DNA of 64,000 nt from NCBI GenBank assembly GCA_963555995.3, contig OY821641.1:128001-192000 (forward strand), written 5' to 3'. The first letter of the stretch is position 1, and every line of letters begins with the position of its first letter. The notes beneath the pieces are model-generated. The model saw nothing but the letters and a program-made list of their open reading frames with translations. It was not told the DNA's origin and made no database searches. The stretch comes from Vicinamibacteria bacterium (GTDB lineage Bacteria > Acidobacteriota > Vicinamibacteria > Marinacidobacterales > Marinacidobacteraceae). The position numbers were made by a program, and so were the translations under genes. Of the stretch, positions 19,865 to 28,970 are shown piece by piece.

Positions 19865-21415
19865 TCACCGGCGCGACCACCAGACGGTGACGCCCCAGAT
19901 CAGGAAGAACCCGGGCAGGAACACCAGGCTCAACAGCACCACGTTCCGAACCTGCGCCGACGTCATGGTGATCCGCCGGTCCTCGGCCGCGCGGGGGCGG
20001 ATCGCGATCAGGTCCTCGTCCTCGGTGAGCCAGTTCACCATGTTGAGGAACAGATCGGCGTTGCCGAGCGGCGCGAGCGCGAGGTTGTTCCCGATGAAGT
20101 CGGAGTCCCCGACGATGACCAGGTGGCCCTCCGGGGCTTCGGCAGGTTCCTCGTCCGGCTCTCCGTCAGGATCGGCCTCCGGATCCAGTTCCGCCGCGGC
20201 CTCCGGTGGATCCGGTTCCCCCGCACCCGCTTCCTCCGCCGGACCCTGCGGATCGCCCGTCGGGACGTGGACCGCGTAGGCGAGCCGCAGCGGTCCGGCC
20301 CGCTCGTTCTCCCCGGCGGCGACTTCGCCGGTCTCCAGCTCGCCGGGATCGGTTTCCCCCCAGGCGACGTCGGAACTCAGAACCAGTTCCGAGAGCCGCA
20401 TCCCCCGGGGAAGCTCGTCGGGCGGGGTGGCGATGAGGCTCTGCGCGAGCGGGAAGACGGTGGCCGCGTTCACGAAGCCGCGGGTAATCGGATGGAACCC
20501 GTAGGAGGCGGCGAGCGGGACCTCCACCCCGAAGCCGAAGAGTTGACCCACCCCGCTGGCGTCAATCACCACGTCCCCGGCCGGAGTCGCCCCGAATTCC
20601 GAGGCCAGTCCGGTGAGCTCCTCCCTTTCGTCGGGGGTTCCCGGCGGGTCCGGCGGATCGAGCAGCAGCATGGCCTTCCCGCCCGCCCGGACGTGAGCGG
20701 CGAGGGCCGCGGCCTCGGCCACCAGGAGATCGAGCCGGGGACCGGCGACGATCACGACGGCCGCATCCTCGGGAATCCGGACCTCCCCGTCCTCGACGTG
20801 CTCGAGCAGCGCCAGCTCGGCAACCTCGTAGTTGGACTCCTCGAGCCGTGACCCGATGGCGGAGAGACCGCCGGCGCCCGTCTCCTCGAGCGACCGCTCC
20901 TGGTGCCCGGTCGTGAAATAGACCTTCTTCGTCTCGCCCTTGAGGATCTTCACGATGGCGTTCGTGATGTCCTGCTCCTGGGGCGCCGTGACGCGTTCCT
21001 GCCGTTCGCCGCTCTCCACGACCACCGTGCCGAAGGGAATGCCGGCTTCGGCGGTCGCCTGGTAGGCCCGCGCGCGGGCGGGTTCGGCCTCTTGGTCAAT
21101 GACCTCCCAGCCGACCCGGCCGCTTCGGTCGGCGTAGCGCTCAAAGAGTTCGACGGTGCGTCCGGCGGCGCGCGGCTGATCGAGCACCACAAGCCGGATG
21201 TCGCGGTCGAGCTCCTCGAGAATGCGGACCGTCTGCGGGGAAAGGCTGAACTGCCCGCCGGCGGTGAGGTCCCAGGTGACGTTGCGTCGGTTCGCCACGT
21301 AGTTGACGCCCACCAGCACGCCTAGGAGCAGGAGCGCCGTCACTCCCAGGTTCGCCCCTTCGCGGGCGCCCCGCCGCCCGAGCGCCGCGCGCAGCCGCCC
21401 GAGACCGGCGCTCAT
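19865..21415 (-). CDS. GldG-family ABC auxiliary component
   Basis: 'WDLTAGGQFSLSPQT', 'KVYFTTGHQE', 'VVGDSDF'-like motif (VIVGDSDF), 'NADLFLNMVNWL'. Confidence 0.85.
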   Translation of the reverse strand: MSAGLGRLRAALGRRGAREGANLGVTALLLLGVLVGVNYVANRRNVTWDLTAGGQFSLSPQTVRILEELDRDIRLVVLDQPRAAGRTVELFERYADRSGRVGWEVIDQEAEPARARAYQATAEAGIPFGTVVVESGERQERVTAPQEQDITNAIVKILKGETKKVYFTTGHQERSLEETGAGGLSAIGSRLEESNYEVAELALLEHVEDGEVRIPEDAAVVIVAGPRLDLLVAEAAALAAHVRAGGKAMLLLDPPDPPGTPDEREELTGLASEFGATPAGDVVIDASGVGQLFGFGVEVPLAASYGFHPITRGFVNAATVFPLAQSLIATPPDELPRGMRLSELVLSSDVAWGETDPGELETGEVAAGENERAGPLRLAYAVHVPTGDPQGPAEEAGAGEPDPPEAAAELDPEADPDGEPDEEPAEAPEGHLVIVGDSDFIGNNLALAPLGNADLFLNMVNWLTEDEDLIAIRPRAAEDRRITMTSAQVRNVVLLSLVFLPGFFLIWGVTVWWSRR

Positions 21416-22182
21416 CCGCGCCACCTCCGGGAACGCACCGACTCGCGGGCGAGGTAGAGCCAGAACGCGGCGAACGACAGGTAGAACACGAGATCGCGCG
21501 TCGCGATCACCCCGCGCGCGAATCCCTCCATGTGTCCGGTCACCGACAGGTAGGCCAGGACGCGCCCGAGGTCACCGCCGCGGGCGCCGGCGAACTCCAC
21601 CAGCCAGAGGACGAGCAGGGCTCCGAAGGTCAGCAGCCCCGCCACGATCTGGTTCCGCGTGAGGCTCGAGAAGAACAGGCCGAGCGCCAGCAGGCCGGCC
21701 CCGAGCAGCGCCAGGCCCAGCCAGGCGGCGAGGACGGGCGCGATCCCGGGCCGGGAGAACCAGAACAGGACCCCCACGTGGAGTCCGGTCAGCGCCAGCA
21801 TGCCGCCGTAGAGGGCGAACGCGGCGAGGAACTTGCCGATCACGATCTGGCCGTCGGTGATCGGCGCCGTGAGCAGCAGCTCCATGGTGCCCGAGCGGAT
21901 CTCCTCGGACACCGTGCGCATGGAGAGCAGCGGCAGCAGGAAGAGCACCAGGATCGCGGTGCTCGCCATCAGCCAGCGGATCAGATCGGTGTTCACGTTG
22001 AGCGTCCCGCCGCTGAAGCCGCCCATCTGGCTCATCCGCATCCCGGCTTCGACGAAGCTCTGGAGGTAGTCGGCGAAGAAGTACCCGTAGAGGAAGGCGA
22101 ACGCGCCGAAGAGGACGTAGGCCACCGGCGAAGCCAGGGCGGCGGCGATCTCGCGCCGGGCGATGGTCAGCGCGTTCCTCAT
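21412..22182 (-). CDS. ABC-2 type permease (GldF-like)
   Basis: Start MRNALTIARRE; 'EEIRSGTMELLLTAP'; 6 TM segments. Confidence 0.88.
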   Translation of the reverse strand: MRNALTIARREIAAALASPVAYVLFGAFAFLYGYFFADYLQSFVEAGMRMSQMGGFSGGTLNVNTDLIRWLMASTAILVLFLLPLLSMRTVSEEIRSGTMELLLTAPITDGQIVIGKFLAAFALYGGMLALTGLHVGVLFWFSRPGIAPVLAAWLGLALLGAGLLALGLFFSSLTRNQIVAGLLTFGALLVLWLVEFAGARGGDLGRVLAYLSVTGHMEGFARGVIATRDLVFYLSFAAFWLYLARESVRSRRWRG

Positions 22183-23195
22183 GGGTCTTCCCCGGTCGCC
22201 CCGGACCGGCCCCTGCCGTCGCCGGTCCCGTTGGCCTCCGCCTCCTCGGTGGTGAGCGCGAGAAACACATCCTCGAGGCTGGCGCCGCCCCGGCGCAGGC
22301 CGTAGAGCGGACATCCCGCTTCGAGCAGCGCGCGGGCCAGGTCGGTGGAGATCTCCCGGTCTCCGGCCGCCTCCACCTGCAGGACCTGGGTCCGCTCCGC
22401 CGTCTCCGGTCCCGCCTCCACCCGCGCGACCCCGGGGACGGCCCGGAGCGCGGCCTCCGCCGCGTCCGCCGGCGGCGCCGTTTCGATTTCCCAGGTGCCG
22501 CGGCCGCTCCGCGCGGCGCCGAGCCGCGCCACCAGGCTCTCGGGAGTGTCTTCGGCGCGCAGCCGGCCGCCGGCGATGATGACCACCCGGTCGCAGGTGA
22601 CGGCGACTTCGGGAAGGATGTGCGTGGAGAGCACCACGGTCCGTTCGCCCGCCAGGGTGCGGATCAGCTTGCGCGTCTCGTGGATCTGCTTGGGATCGAG
22701 GCCGGCGGTCGGCTCGTCGAGGACCAGCAGCTCGGGTTCGTGGACGAGCGCCTGCGCGAGGCCCACCCGCTGGCGGTAGCCGCGGCTCAGCTTCCCGATG
22801 ATGTGCTCGCGGGCCTCCCCGAGCGCGCAGCGCTCGATCGCGCGCGCCACGGCCGGCCCGATCCCGGTTCGCGGGACGCCCCGGAGGCGCGCCGCGAACT
22901 CCAGGAAGCCCGTGACCTCCATTTCGGGGTAGAGCGGCGGGTTCTCCGGCAGATATCCGATCCGCCGCCGGACCTCGAGCGGGGACTCCGCGATGTCCAG
23001 GCCGCCGACCAGCACCCGGCCTTCGCTCGGCGGCATGAACCCGGTGATGACCCGCATGGTGGTCGTCTTCCCGGCGCCGTTCGGCCCCAGGAAGCCGAGG
23101 ACCTCGCCCTTCGCGACGCCGAAGCTGAGGTCCTCCACCGCGAGCGTTCGCCCGTAGCGCTTGGACACGCGGTCCACCTGTACGAGGGGTTCCAC
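22179..23195 (-). CDS. ABC transporter ATP-binding protein (GldA-like)
   Basis: GPNGAGKT, LSRGYRQRV, LDEPT, STH. Confidence 0.92.
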   Translation of the reverse strand: MEPLVQVDRVSKRYGRTLAVEDLSFGVAKGEVLGFLGPNGAGKTTTMRVITGFMPPSEGRVLVGGLDIAESPLEVRRRIGYLPENPPLYPEMEVTGFLEFAARLRGVPRTGIGPAVARAIERCALGEAREHIIGKLSRGYRQRVGLAQALVHEPELLVLDEPTAGLDPKQIHETRKLIRTLAGERTVVLSTHILPEVAVTCDRVVIIAGGRLRAEDTPESLVARLGAARSGRGTWEIETAPPADAAEAALRAVPGVARVEAGPETAERTQVLQVEAAGDREISTDLARALLEAGCPLYGLRRGGASLEDVFLALTTEEAEANGTGDGRGRSGATGEDP

Positions 23196-23373
23196 GGCTG
23201 TTTGGAGGGAGCGGATCTCGATGACGTTCTGTACTCCCGGGCGCCGAGCGCCGGGTCGGCTGATCCGCCCGGCTCGGCAGTCTATACTGGCTGGACGGCT
23301 CTCCCAGCCGTGGGCGGCGAGGCATCGCTCGCCCGGTCAGCGTCCTCCGTTTTCGCCCGCCGGAGGCGGGCGA

Positions 23374-23398
23374 TGCCGGCCTGAAGGCCGGCGCTCCC
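23374..23398. repeat. REP-like palindrome, compensatory variant
   Basis: TGCCGGCCTGAAGGCCGGCGCTCCC. Confidence 0.8.
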
Positions 23399-23405
23399 GA
23401 CTGCC

Positions 23406-24056
23406 ATGCGTTTTCGCCGCCTGCTTCTCCCGTCCGGTGTTGGCCTAGGCTTGCTGCTGGCGGGCTTGCTCCCGGTCACGATCGCGGCTCCCGGCTGCGT
23501 CAACCAGGAGGACAACGCGACCGCCTCGCGGATGCGGCTGACCGAGCTCGTCGCCTACTGGGCGGTGCGCGGCCGGGATTCCGAGGGCAACAACTACATC
23601 CGGCCGGCGGTCCGTTTCCGGGTCACGAACACCAACCCGGAACCGGTCGAGTACGTCCAGGTGATGTCCGTCTTCCGCCGGGAGTCGGCGCCGGACGAGG
23701 CCTGGGGCACCGGCTACGTCCACTCGGTCGCGGAGGAGGCGCTCGCTCCGGGCGAAGCGAGCGGGGAACACACCCTGCGGGCGGATTCCAACTACCTGTC
23801 GCAGGGCGCGCCGGAGCGGATGTTCGAGAACGAACTCTGGGAGGACGTGGAGGTCGAGATGTTCGTGCGGGTGGGCGCCTCCTCGTGGATCTCGCAGGGG
23901 AAGACCGTGGCGCTCCGCCGGCTCGGACCGCCCGGCGTCGAGAAGTACCTCGAGCCGATCGAGGACGAGCCGATCTACGGCGTCGCCCCGGGGCCGGACG
24001 ACGTGCCGGAGCCCGAACCGGAGCCGTCGCCGGAAGACCCTTCGGAGCGGCCGTAG
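23406..24056 (+). CDS. Hypothetical exported/lipoprotein
   Basis: Signal-like N-terminus ending APGC; coding-like codon usage; Pro/Glu tail. Confidence 0.65.
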   Translation: MRFRRLLLPSGVGLGLLLAGLLPVTIAAPGCVNQEDNATASRMRLTELVAYWAVRGRDSEGNNYIRPAVRFRVTNTNPEPVEYVQVMSVFRRESAPDEAWGTGYVHSVAEEALAPGEASGEHTLRADSNYLSQGAPERMFENELWEDVEVEMFVRVGASSWISQGKTVALRRLGPPGVEKYLEPIEDEPIYGVAPGPDDVPEPEPEPSPEDPSERP

Positions 24057-24071
24057 CGGACCGCGCCGGCG

Positions 24072-25205
24072 TCAGCGCGCGCCGGATCCGCCGAAGCGCC
24101 GCTCGTGGTCCCAGGTGGCGAAGCGGTCGGTCATGCCGGCGATGTAGTCGCAGACCACCCGCTCGTGGGAGGACCTCCCGATGCGCTCCTGGAAGTGGGA
24201 GGGCAGATCGCCCGGCGTTTCCAGGTAGTGCCGGAAGAGGTCGGGTAGCCGCCGGGTCTCCGCTTCGGTGGTCTCCGCCACGCGCGGGTGGCGGTAGAGG
24301 CGCTCATGGAGGATCGCCTTGAGTTCGCGGAGTTCGCCGTCGCGGCGCGCGGGAAGCCCGACGACGAGTGACCCGGACGGGGGCGCTTCCGGGTCGCTTC
24401 CGTGGGGTTCCTCGATGCCGGCTTCCCGGATGCGCCGCTCCGTCTCGCCGGCGAGCGCGGTGACGAGGTCGGCGATCACCCCGCGAAGCAGGGTGCGGAC
24501 CCTGACGCGCCCGTAGGGCTGTCCCTCTCCGAAGGACCCCGGCCAGTGCCGCCGGAAGATCGCCGCTTCCTCCAGGTCCGGGACGCCGATCAGCCCCGAG
24601 GAGAGGCCGTCCTCCATGTCGTGGGCGCTGTAGGCGATCTCGTCGGCGATGTCCGCGACCTGCGCCTCGAGGGGCGGCGGCCCGAGGCCCCGGAGGTCCT
24701 CCGGAACGAAACCCGTCCGGCTCGAGTGGGCGAAGATCCCGTGCCGCGACTCGCGGGTCAGGTTGAGGCCCGGAAAGTCCGGATAGGCGCGTTCGAGCTC
24801 GTCCACGATGCGGAAGGACTGGATGTTGTGTTCGAACCCGCCGTGGTCCCGCATCAGGCGGTCCAGCACCTCTTCTCCCGCGTGGCCGAAGGGGGTGTGG
24901 CCGAGGTCGTGGGCGAGGGCGACCGCCTCCGTGAGGTCTTCGTTGAGGCGGAGCGTGCGGGCGATCGTGCGGGCGATCTGCGCGACCTCGAGGGTGTGGG
25001 TGAGCCGGGTCCGGTAGTGGTCGCCCTCGTGGTTGATGAAGACCTGGGTCTTGTACTGGAGTCGGCGGAAGGCGCTCGAATGGATGATCCGGTCCCGGTC
25101 CCGCTGGTAGGCCGTCCGAAACCGGTCGGGGTCCTCCGGCCAGCGCCGTCCGGCGCTCGAGGCGCTGCGGCAGGCGGCGGGGCGGAGGCCCCTTTCTGCC
25201 TCCAC
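24072..25205 (-). CDS. dgt: Deoxyguanosinetriphosphate triphosphohydrolase (HD domain)
   Basis: 'RDRDRIIHSSAFRRLQYKTQV', 'RTRLTH', 'AHDLGHTPFGHAGE', 'DYIAGMTD'. Confidence 0.93.
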   Translation of the reverse strand: MEAERGLRPAACRSASSAGRRWPEDPDRFRTAYQRDRDRIIHSSAFRRLQYKTQVFINHEGDHYRTRLTHTLEVAQIARTIARTLRLNEDLTEAVALAHDLGHTPFGHAGEEVLDRLMRDHGGFEHNIQSFRIVDELERAYPDFPGLNLTRESRHGIFAHSSRTGFVPEDLRGLGPPPLEAQVADIADEIAYSAHDMEDGLSSGLIGVPDLEEAAIFRRHWPGSFGEGQPYGRVRVRTLLRGVIADLVTALAGETERRIREAGIEEPHGSDPEAPPSGSLVVGLPARRDGELRELKAILHERLYRHPRVAETTEAETRRLPDLFRHYLETPGDLPSHFQERIGRSSHERVVCDYIAGMTDRFATWDHERRFGGSGAR

Positions 25206-25214
25206 CCGGTCCGC

Positions 25215-26162
25215 CTAACCCGGCGCGTAGTAGCCGAGCTTGGTCCGTACCCGGAGGTCCGGGCGGTTGGTCTGCACCACGATGCGCCGCCAGGCGCCGT
25301 CCTGCCGGGGGTTGTTGGAGATGTAGCCGACGTTGTACTGGCTCTTGAGTTCCTCGGCGATCCGGGCGTACACCGAGTCCAGTTCGGCCAGCTCGGCGGG
25401 GAAGAACCACTGGCCGCCGGTCTCTTCGGCCAGGTTCTTGAGGACGTGTTCGGCCTCGGAGAAGCGCCTGCCGCGCCGGCGCGCGGTGTTCTGGAGCGAG
25501 ATGGAGTAGATGACGACGTCGGTGTCCTTGGTCAGGTCGAGCACCTGTTCGAAGGTGACGAGCGAGCTGGTGTCCCGGCCGTCGGAGAGCAGGATGATGG
25601 CCTGCCGACGGGCCTCCATCCGCTGGCGTTCGAGCGAGCGGAGCGAGATGTACATGGCGTTGTGCAGCTTGGTGGTGCCGCCCGCCTGGGTCATCCGGAT
25701 GGCGTGCTCGAGTTCGCCGTGGTCGTTCGTGAACTTCTGCAGGATGTTGGCGTTGCTGCCGAACTCGACCACCTGCGCCACGTCCTCGATTCGCAGCGTC
25801 TCGGTGAACCGGACCGCCGCCTCCTGGGCGAAGTTCATCTTGTCCACCATGCTTGCCGAGGTGTCGAGCAGCAGCACCATGCGGATCGGCAGGTCCTCGC
25901 GCGAGAACGCCTCGATTTCCTGCAGGATGCCGTCCTCATAGACCGAGAAGTCCTCCTCGATGAGGTCGGTGATGAACCGCTCGCGAGCGTCGGTGACGGT
26001 GACGTTGAGCGAGATCAGGTCCACCGTGACCCGGAACTGGTAGGCCTGCTGGACGAGGGGACCGGCGGCCGCGGTCAGGCCGCCGAGGACGAGGGTGAGG
26101 GCGCCGGCGGCGACCACTCCCCGCCATCCCCGAAAGGACCGGCGGGCGGCGCGGAATTCCAT
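25215..26162 (-). CDS. VWA-domain protein, acidobacterial type
   Basis: 'FRVTVDLISLNVTVTD', MIDAS DTSAS, 'LLSDGRD', 'LAEETGG', 'TKLGYYAP'. Confidence 0.88.
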   Translation of the reverse strand: MEFRAARRSFRGWRGVVAAGALTLVLGGLTAAAGPLVQQAYQFRVTVDLISLNVTVTDARERFITDLIEEDFSVYEDGILQEIEAFSREDLPIRMVLLLDTSASMVDKMNFAQEAAVRFTETLRIEDVAQVVEFGSNANILQKFTNDHGELEHAIRMTQAGGTTKLHNAMYISLRSLERQRMEARRQAIILLSDGRDTSSLVTFEQVLDLTKDTDVVIYSISLQNTARRRGRRFSEAEHVLKNLAEETGGQWFFPAELAELDSVYARIAEELKSQYNVGYISNNPRQDGAWRRIVVQTNRPDLRVRTKLGYYAPG

Positions 26163-26249
26163 GAGCAACCCGCTATTCTGACGCAATTCCCGCGCCCTCC
26201 CCGTGCTCCTCCTCCCTTTTCCGGGCTTGCCGGAAAGCCGCCAAACCGG

Positions 26250-26801
26250 GTGACGGTGTCCAACCACTCCGGGCCCGCCGCCGGCGCCGCGTCCTCCGGC
26301 CCGACCGCCGCGATCCTGACCGCGAGCGACGGGTGCGCGGCCGGGGTGGTCCCCGATCGTTCCGGGGTCGTCGCCCGAGGGATCCTCGAGGAGCTCGGGT
26401 TTCGCATCGCCGATGCGGCGATCGTGCCCGACGAAGTGGACGCCATCCGGGAACGGGTGGGCGCCTGGGCGGCGTCCGGGATTCGCCTGGTGCTGACGAC
26501 CGGCGGCACCGGGCTCGGCCCCCGGGACCGCACGCCGGAAGCGGTCGCGCCGCTTCTCGACCGCGAGCTCCCGGGTTACGGCGAACTGCTGCGGTCCGAG
26601 GGTCTCCGGGACACGCCGATGGCGGTCCTCTCCCGGAGCCTCGCGGGGAGCATCGGCGCCACCCTGGTGATCGTCCTGCCGGGGAGCCCGCGGGCCGTCG
26701 AAGGCGGGCTCCGGACGCTGGCTCCGACGATCCCCCACGCGCTGCAACTGCTGGCCGGAGACACCGCGCATTCGCGTTCCGTAAGCGCCCGTAACGATTG
26801 A
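26250..26801 (+). CDS. mog: MogA/MoaB molybdenum cofactor biosynthesis protein
   Basis: 'TTGGTGLGPRDRTPEA', 'LSR', 'LPGSP'; start uncertain (GTG 26250 or 26256). Confidence 0.85.
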   Translation: MTVSNHSGPAAGAASSGPTAAILTASDGCAAGVVPDRSGVVARGILEELGFRIADAAIVPDEVDAIRERVGAWAASGIRLVLTTGGTGLGPRDRTPEAVAPLLDRELPGYGELLRSEGLRDTPMAVLSRSLAGSIGATLVIVLPGSPRAVEGGLRTLAPTIPHALQLLAGDTAHSRSVSARND

Positions 26802-26860
26802 TATACTTGGCCAATTCCACCGCGCCGCACCCGGCTTGAGGCGGTGGGCGGACTCCGAAA

Positions 26861-27193
26861 ATGACCCCCGAAGAACTGCAACTGCACGAGGCGAACCTGC
26901 TGGCGAAAAAGGCCGCCATCGAGAAGCTCGTGCACACGCGCACCTTCTCGCGGACCCCGCCGCACGGAGATGACGGGGACCGCTCCATGGTCGCGAACGA
27001 CGACGAGATCGTGATCCAGCTTCAGCAGAACGACGCCAAGCTGCTCCGCGCCATAGACAAGGCGCTCGCCCGGATCAAAACCGGCGAATTCGGCATCTGT
27101 TCCGACTGCGACGAGGAGATCCCGCGCCTCCGGCTGGAGGCGGTCCCCTGGACGCGCGTCTGCGTCCCCTGCAAGGAACGCCAGTACTCCTGA
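26861..27193 (+). CDS. TraR/DksA C4 zinc-finger protein
   Basis: CSDC...RLEAVPW...CVPC; preceding coiled coil. Confidence 0.88.
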   Translation: MTPEELQLHEANLLAKKAAIEKLVHTRTFSRTPPHGDDGDRSMVANDDEIVIQLQQNDAKLLRAIDKALARIKTGEFGICSDCDEEIPRLRLEAVPWTRVCVPCKERQYS

Positions 27194-27212
27194 ACCCCGG
27201 CACTGCCGGCCC

Positions 27213-27236
27213 GGAACGCCGGTCTCCAGACCGGCA
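27213..27236. repeat. REP-like palindrome
   Basis: GGAACGCCGGTCTCCAGACCGGCA. Confidence 0.8.
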
Positions 27237-27352
27237 CGCGCGGTGCTCCGCACCGCGCACGGCCCAAACCCCCTACCGAAAGGGTGGCTCCAGCCTCGGC
27301 GCGGGGCTCAAGAGCGCCGATAGCGCCGTCGGCTTGGTACGCTGACCCGCGT

Positions 27353-28144
27353 ATGGATCTCGGAATCACCGGCCGCGCCGCGGTCGTGGCCGCCGGCAGC
27401 CAGGGCCTCGGCCGCGCCGTCGCCGAAGCGCTGGCCGCGGAAGGAGCCCGCATCGCTATCGGAGCGCGGGGCCGGGATGCGCTCGACCGCACCGCCGCGG
27501 AGATCCGCGACCGTCACGGGGTGGAAGTCCTCGCCCATCAGGTGGACGTCGGCGATCCGGATGCCGCGTTCGGGTTCGTCCGGGCGGCGGAGGAGCGCTT
27601 CGGGCAGGTGGACATCCTGGTGACGAACGCCGGAGGCCCGCCCCCGACCCGGCTCAAGGACACGACGCCCCAGCAGTGGCGCGACGCGCTCGAAGCGAAC
27701 CTGCTCTCCTGCGTGAACCTGGTGCGGGCGGCCCTGCCGGGCATGATCTCGCGCCGCTGGGGACGGGTTCTCGCCATCGCGTCGGTCTCGGTGAAGCAGC
27801 CGGTCCCGGACATCATCCTCTCCAACACCGCGCGGTCCGGGATCGCCGGGTTCATGAAGTCGCTCGCCAACGAGGCCGCGCCCCACGGAGTGCTCGCCAA
27901 CGTGCTCTGTCCGGGATACACGCGCACGGCCCGGCTCGTCGAGCTGGCCGACCACCTTGCGGAGAAGCGCGGGTGCACGGTGGATGAGGTGTACGCCGAC
28001 TGGTCGAAGGACATTCCGCTCGGACGGGTCGGGGAACCGGAGGAGTTCGCCGCCGCGGCCGCCTTCCTCGTCTCCGAGCGCGCCAGTTACATCACGGGGA
28101 CGGTGCTCGCCGTGGACGGCGGCCACGTCAAGAGCGTGACCTGA
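27353..28144 (+). CDS. SDR family oxidoreductase
   Basis: 'AAGSQGLG', 'NAGGP', atypical active site 'SNTAR', 'YITGTVLAVDGG'. Confidence 0.9.
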   Translation: MDLGITGRAAVVAAGSQGLGRAVAEALAAEGARIAIGARGRDALDRTAAEIRDRHGVEVLAHQVDVGDPDAAFGFVRAAEERFGQVDILVTNAGGPPPTRLKDTTPQQWRDALEANLLSCVNLVRAALPGMISRRWGRVLAIASVSVKQPVPDIILSNTARSGIAGFMKSLANEAAPHGVLANVLCPGYTRTARLVELADHLAEKRGCTVDEVYADWSKDIPLGRVGEPEEFAAAAAFLVSERASYITGTVLAVDGGHVKSVT

Positions 28145-28251
28145 GTCGCCCCGGTGTCCGCGATTCCGTCCTGTTTCCAACGACGGACGGGCTGTTGCAG
28201 AAAATCCCCACTCGGTGGGGAAAAACTGTACTTACCGAAAGATCACGCCAT

Positions 28252-28344
28252 TCAAGCGCAGGTGGGCCCGGACCCCATGAGGCGGGCGACGGCAGCCCAG
28301 GCCGCGTCGTAGTCGCGTTCGTTCCTGATGGGCCTGATCTTCAT
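28252..28344 (-). pseudogene. N-terminal fragment of a HigA-like antitoxin
   Basis: 'MKIRPIRNERDYDAAWAAVARLMG' resembles HigA N-termini; stops after 30 aa. Confidence 0.55.
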
Positions 28345-28589
28345 CGGACAGTCGTCGCCGGAGTTGGAGGGCTCGCGTCTCTTGGCGGCAGGTCGCCTTC
28401 CTCCAAGGCGGAAGCCAACGGCAGACGGCCGAAGGAGGGGACGCTCCGGAGCCGTTCCCATTCGGCGACCCCGAGGAGGACGGCGCGCGGTTGCCCGCGG
28501 CGGGTGATGACGGCGGCCTCTCCGTGCGCCGCGCTCTCGACGAGAGCGGACAACGTGGCCTTGGCTTCGCGCAACGAAACCGTTCGCAT
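28341..28589 (-). CDS. Phd/YefM family antitoxin (no toxin present)
   Basis: 'MRTVSLREAKATLSALVE...VITRRGQPRAVL'. Confidence 0.85.
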   Translation of the reverse strand: MRTVSLREAKATLSALVESAAHGEAAVITRRGQPRAVLLGVAEWERLRSVPSFGRLPLASALEEGDLPPRDASPPTPATTVR

Positions 28590-28725
28590 CCGATCTCCCG
28601 ACAGAACCACGGTGGTCATCGTAGCGGTCCGCGGAGGTCGGGTCACCGTTCGCCGTGATGCAGCGGGACAGGAGCGCCATCGCGCGGGTCAGCGTCGCGC
28701 GACGCGCTGCGCTCCGCGCAGCGCG

Positions 28726-28815
28726 TGCCGGTCTGAAGACCGGCGCTCCCGGTCGGCAGCGCCATCAGGGCGGGTTTCACGCTCCCGCGTGATGCCGACC
28801 GGAGGTCGGCGCTCC
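28726..28815. repeat. Two tandem REP-like palindromes
   Basis: 28726-28750 canonical; 28793-28815 variant TGCCGACCGGAGGTCGGCGCTCC. Confidence 0.8.
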
Positions 28816-28894
28816 GAGCCGGCGGCGCCATCACGACGGTTGTTTCTGTGCCCGCGGAGACCTTGACGCGCCACAGGACCGGCGGTTCCCCACG

Positions 28895-28923
28895 TTGACC
28901 TAAAGGCCCCGATCCGGTACCTT
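28895..28923 (+). promoter_or_regulatory. Sigma70-like promoter TTGACC-N17-TACCTT upstream of nuoL
   Basis: 17-bp spacing; AGGAG RBS downstream. Confidence 0.5.
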
Positions 28924-28970
28924 CCGCGCGCCGTCCGTTCCCCCGTTTCAGGAGTGCTCAGTAGCCCGTT

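Noticed and set aside
24072-25205. dGTPase as an anti-phage nucleotide-depletion system
   Set aside because: Short housekeeping-type enzyme in a core gene context with typical codon usage
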